NCBI RefSeq assembly: GCF_036321535.1
Contig: NC_087437.1
Span: 116,004,001 to 116,068,000 of the forward strand
Length of the DNA: 64,000 bases
Source: Camelus dromedarius
Lineage: Eukaryota
Direction of reading: 5' to 3'
Part shown: piece after piece, positions 60,991 through 64,000 of the stretch
Numbering within the stretch: position 1 is the stretch's first letter
Layout of the letters: each line of letters starts with the position of its first letter
The notes under the pieces: generated by a model
Told to the model about the DNA's origin: nothing
The model's database searches: none
Seen by the model: only the letters and a program-made list of their open reading frames with translations
Translations under genes and position numbers: made by a program

Positions 60991-61249
60991 CCACAGTCAG
61001 TGGACAATGGGAATGCATGTGTGATGTTTGAGCTTTTTCTCGCTACCCTAAGCATTCTGTCCTACATCCTTGTTTGCTTAACTGGTTGTGCCTATTTTGG
61101 GTTTTCTGTGAAGAAGGTTGGAGTTGCATTCTGATTCCTTTGCTGGAAAAAGGAAAGTTGAATATGGCTTCTGATAATCAGTTATATGAGACTATAACTT
61201 TTCTTGTGCAATTCCCCAAACAACAATATACAAGAGCAATATTATTTAT

Positions 61250-61855
61250 TTGTATATTTTTATTGTTGTAAAATAAACATAACATAAAATTTACTTATTT
61301 AACCATTTTAAGCATTTAATTCATTAAGTGCATTCATACTGTTTTGTAACCATCAAGACCACACATTTCTAGAACTCTTCATTTTCCCAAACTGAAACTC
61401 TATACCCTTTAAACGATAATTCCCTAGCTCACTCCATCCCAGCCCTGGCTACCACCATTTTACTTTTTTTCTCCATGAATTTAAATGTTCCAGGTTCCTC
61501 ATGTAAGTGGAGTCATACAATATTTATCTTTTTGTAACCAGTTTATTTCACTTAGCATAATGTTTTCAAGATTCATCCATGGCATAGCATGTGTCAAAGT
61601 TTCATTCCTTTTAAGGACGAATACTATTCTGTTGTATTCATATTCCATTGTATTCATATTCCAGATGTACCACATTTTGTTTATCCATTCATCTGTCAAT
61701 GGACACTTGGATTTATTCCGCCTTTTGGTTATTATGAATAACATTGCTGTGAACATTGGTGAATACATATATCTTTTCAAGTCCCTGCATTCAATTATTT
61801 TTGGTATATATCTCAAAGTGGGATTTCTGGATCATATAGTAATTCTATTTTTAAC
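61250..61855 (-). mobile_element. L1MB-like 3' end
   Basis: Minus-strand peptide SPMFTAMLFII...KCPLTDEWINKMWY...WMNLENIMLSEI. Confidence 0.9.
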
Positions 61856-62590
61856 TGTAAAGGAATGCAAAAGCAATATTTAACTCAGTGTTTTAAAAGC
61901 GTTTTCTGTGGAACTACGGCCCCCTCGCTGACTCACAGTGCATTTTAGCCTTGTAAAGTTCTGAGAATTTCTTCAAGAAGGAAATCTTTTTATCTCGGAT
62001 TAATGCATCATCTACCAAATGTATTTAACCATAGAATTCCCTCCCTGTTTCTGATTGAGATGTCTATTAAGACCTCACAGAATATGTTGTGTGGGAAACA
62101 TTAATGAACCATTCGACCCAGTATCACATGGGCTGCATGACAAGTGGCTGGATGATCTAAGGAAAGACCAAAGTAGAGAAGAAAGATGCCACAATGTGAG
62201 CAGCTCACTGGCCAGCACTCTCACTGGCTAAAAATTGCTAAAAAAAAAAATGTCTGATGCTACCGAAGGTGAAAAACACAGGTGACTAAGGGAGAAGGGC
62301 GAGCAGGAAGAGAGAAAGGAGCAGAGAGTGAGGTGCGGGGAGAGGAGGCAGGTCTGTGGAGGTCGGCACGTACTGGGGCTGTACCGGCTGCGTTCACCCC
62401 TTGCTCATTTAAATGTGCACAGTTTAACCTGATGTTATTTCTGTCCTTCCAGCTGAGAAAATGGAGGCTCACGACCACACAGCTGATAAGCAGTGGTTCT
62501 GGGGCTGGCGCTGTTCTCGCGACTCCAAGCAGAGCGAGCGAGGGAGCGAGCAGTGGTTTCCAGTAGATTCTGAGGTGGCACAGAGCTGCC

Positions 62591-62632
62591 TGCAGAAAGC
62601 AAGTGCTTTACCACTGAGCTATACCCTCCCCC
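62591..62632 (-). mobile_element. Head-only fragment of the tRNA-derived SINE
   Basis: Reverse complement GGGGGAGGGTATAGCTCAGTGGTAAAGCACTTGCT matches the 5' end of the SINE at 33972. Confidence 0.7.
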
Positions 62633-62949
62633 GAATGATTCCTTATTTTTAAACTAAAACCTAAACACATTTTATCATAAAATATAACATCATGACTTTT
62701 TTTTATAAGATTAATACATGTTTATTGTATAAAACCTAAAATGTAGCCTTAAAACAAAGCAGGAGAGGCAAAGATTGGTGGATGTTTATAAGAAGCATGC
62801 TTTTGAGAATGACCTTTCTAAAAATTAACTTCTGTTCAAAAAGCACTGTTTTCTTAGACATCATCCTGTGGGTATAGGTTAGGATTTATAAGAAAAATTG
62901 TTAAAACAGAAAGGTTTGTGTTTTCATAGGATTCATCTTTTTGAAATAT

Positions 62950-63180
62950 AAATAAATTTTTAAAATTTGAAATAATTTTAGATTTATAGAGAAATTGCAA
63001 AGACAGTGTAGTTTCCCTGGATACCACTCACCAAGTTTTAGCTTCCCCTAACATTAAACTCTCACATTAACGTTGACATTAACATTATTTCATATTCCTA
63101 TCATACGTTTGCAAACTTAAGAAACCAGCGTGGGTCCATTACTACAAACGAAACTGATCAGACTTTATTTGAACATAGAT
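62950..63180 (-). mobile_element. Old L1M 3' end fragment
   Basis: TTGAAATAATTTTAGATTTATAGAGAAATTGCAAAGACAGT. Confidence 0.65.
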
Positions 63181-63439
63181 TTACTTTTAGATAAACTGCA
63201 ACACTTCCTGCCACATCCATTTTCCAGAAGAGTTACTAAAGATTTTAAGTTTTCTGTCTCTCATTCTTGAATACAATATTTATGTTGCTACTCACCTGAC
63301 TTAAATCATCTGTCTCACATTTCTGGAACTCACTTCTACTGTGAAAGAATGCTTCCTATGATTATCAGGTAAGTTCTTTTATATGCAGAATAACTAAGCC
63401 ACAATCCAGTAGGCTCTCCTCATAATAATTATAGTCATC

Positions 63440-63612
63440 TTTTAAAAAAATTTTCATTGAGGAATAAGTCAATGTATATATTATATAAATTTCAGGTGTA
63501 TAACATAGGGATTCAGAGTTTTTAAAGGTCATGCTCCATTTATAGTTATTATAAAATACTGTCTATATTCCCTGTGCCGTGGAATATGTCCTTGTAGCTT
63601 ATTTATTTTATC
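63440..63612 (-). mobile_element. L1 3' end fragment
   Basis: TTTCAGGTGTATAACATAGGGATTCA...TTATTATAAAATACTGTCTATATTCCCTGTG. Confidence 0.8.
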
Positions 63613-63711
63613 TTCATCCTAGGATCCTAAGGAAGTGAATTCTTAAATGCCTTTGTTTTCTTCTTCTTCTTTTTTAACTTCTATATTATTATAGTAAGAA
63701 GAAAGAGAAGC

Positions 63712-64000
63712 TGTATCAGTCAGAGTCCTGGAAGGAAACAGATGACACGCTTGGATGAGGTGATTGAGGACACTCTAGTAAGATGTCTGTTTACAAAGCT
63801 GAAGGCAAACTGAAGGAGACCCTCAAGGACAGAGTGACTTTCTGGAGCAGTAACGGGGGCTGTGGTGACCCTCCCTGCCCCAGCTCGAAGGGGCGGGGGA
63901 GGAGTAGTTGCAAGAAATGATGGCAACATTGATGCACCAGGGAGTCCGCAGAGAAGTCTGTATTCTGTTCTGCAACAGACTTTAAAAGCCATTTAACTGC
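63712..64000 (-). mobile_element. ERVL-type LTR fragment at the window edge
   Basis: TGTATCAGTCAGAGTCCTGGAAGGAAACAGATGACAC is an LTR-like terminus. Confidence 0.5.

Noticed and set aside
1..64000. CRISPR arrays, operons, rRNA or phage-defence-type systems
   Set aside because: The sequence is clearly mammalian; there are no regularly spaced repeat-spacer arrays and no gene-dense organisation

Overview
Mammalian genomic DNA, most likely a camelid. This rests on a tRNA-derived SINE with the head GGGTGGAGGGCATAGCTCAGTGGCAGAG and on the style of the young L1 3' UTRs; it is recognition, not a database hit. The window is mostly intronic or intergenic sequence filled with decayed transposons (L1 of several ages, L2, MIR, MaLR/ERVL/ERV1 solo LTRs, hAT MERs). 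The only credible protein-coding feature is an intact, intronless 503-aa ORF at 50163-51674 (+). It is a diverged retrocopy of cTAGE5/MIA2 (TANGO1 family, ER exit site) with a strong Kozak start, a GC/CpG-rich upstream region and a downstream AATAAA. It keeps the N-terminal membrane motif and the second coiled coil, has a decayed first coiled coil and lacks most of the proline-rich tail. Other observations are nested and inverted L1 insertions with readable target-site duplications (TSDs), an L1-derived foldback hairpin, a local tandem duplication and some TE-free stretches with clustered transcription-factor motifs. I found no rRNA, true tRNA, CRISPR or prokaryote-type system. I cannot identify a host gene. 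Repeat subfamily names come from memory of consensus sequences, and repeat boundaries are approximate.
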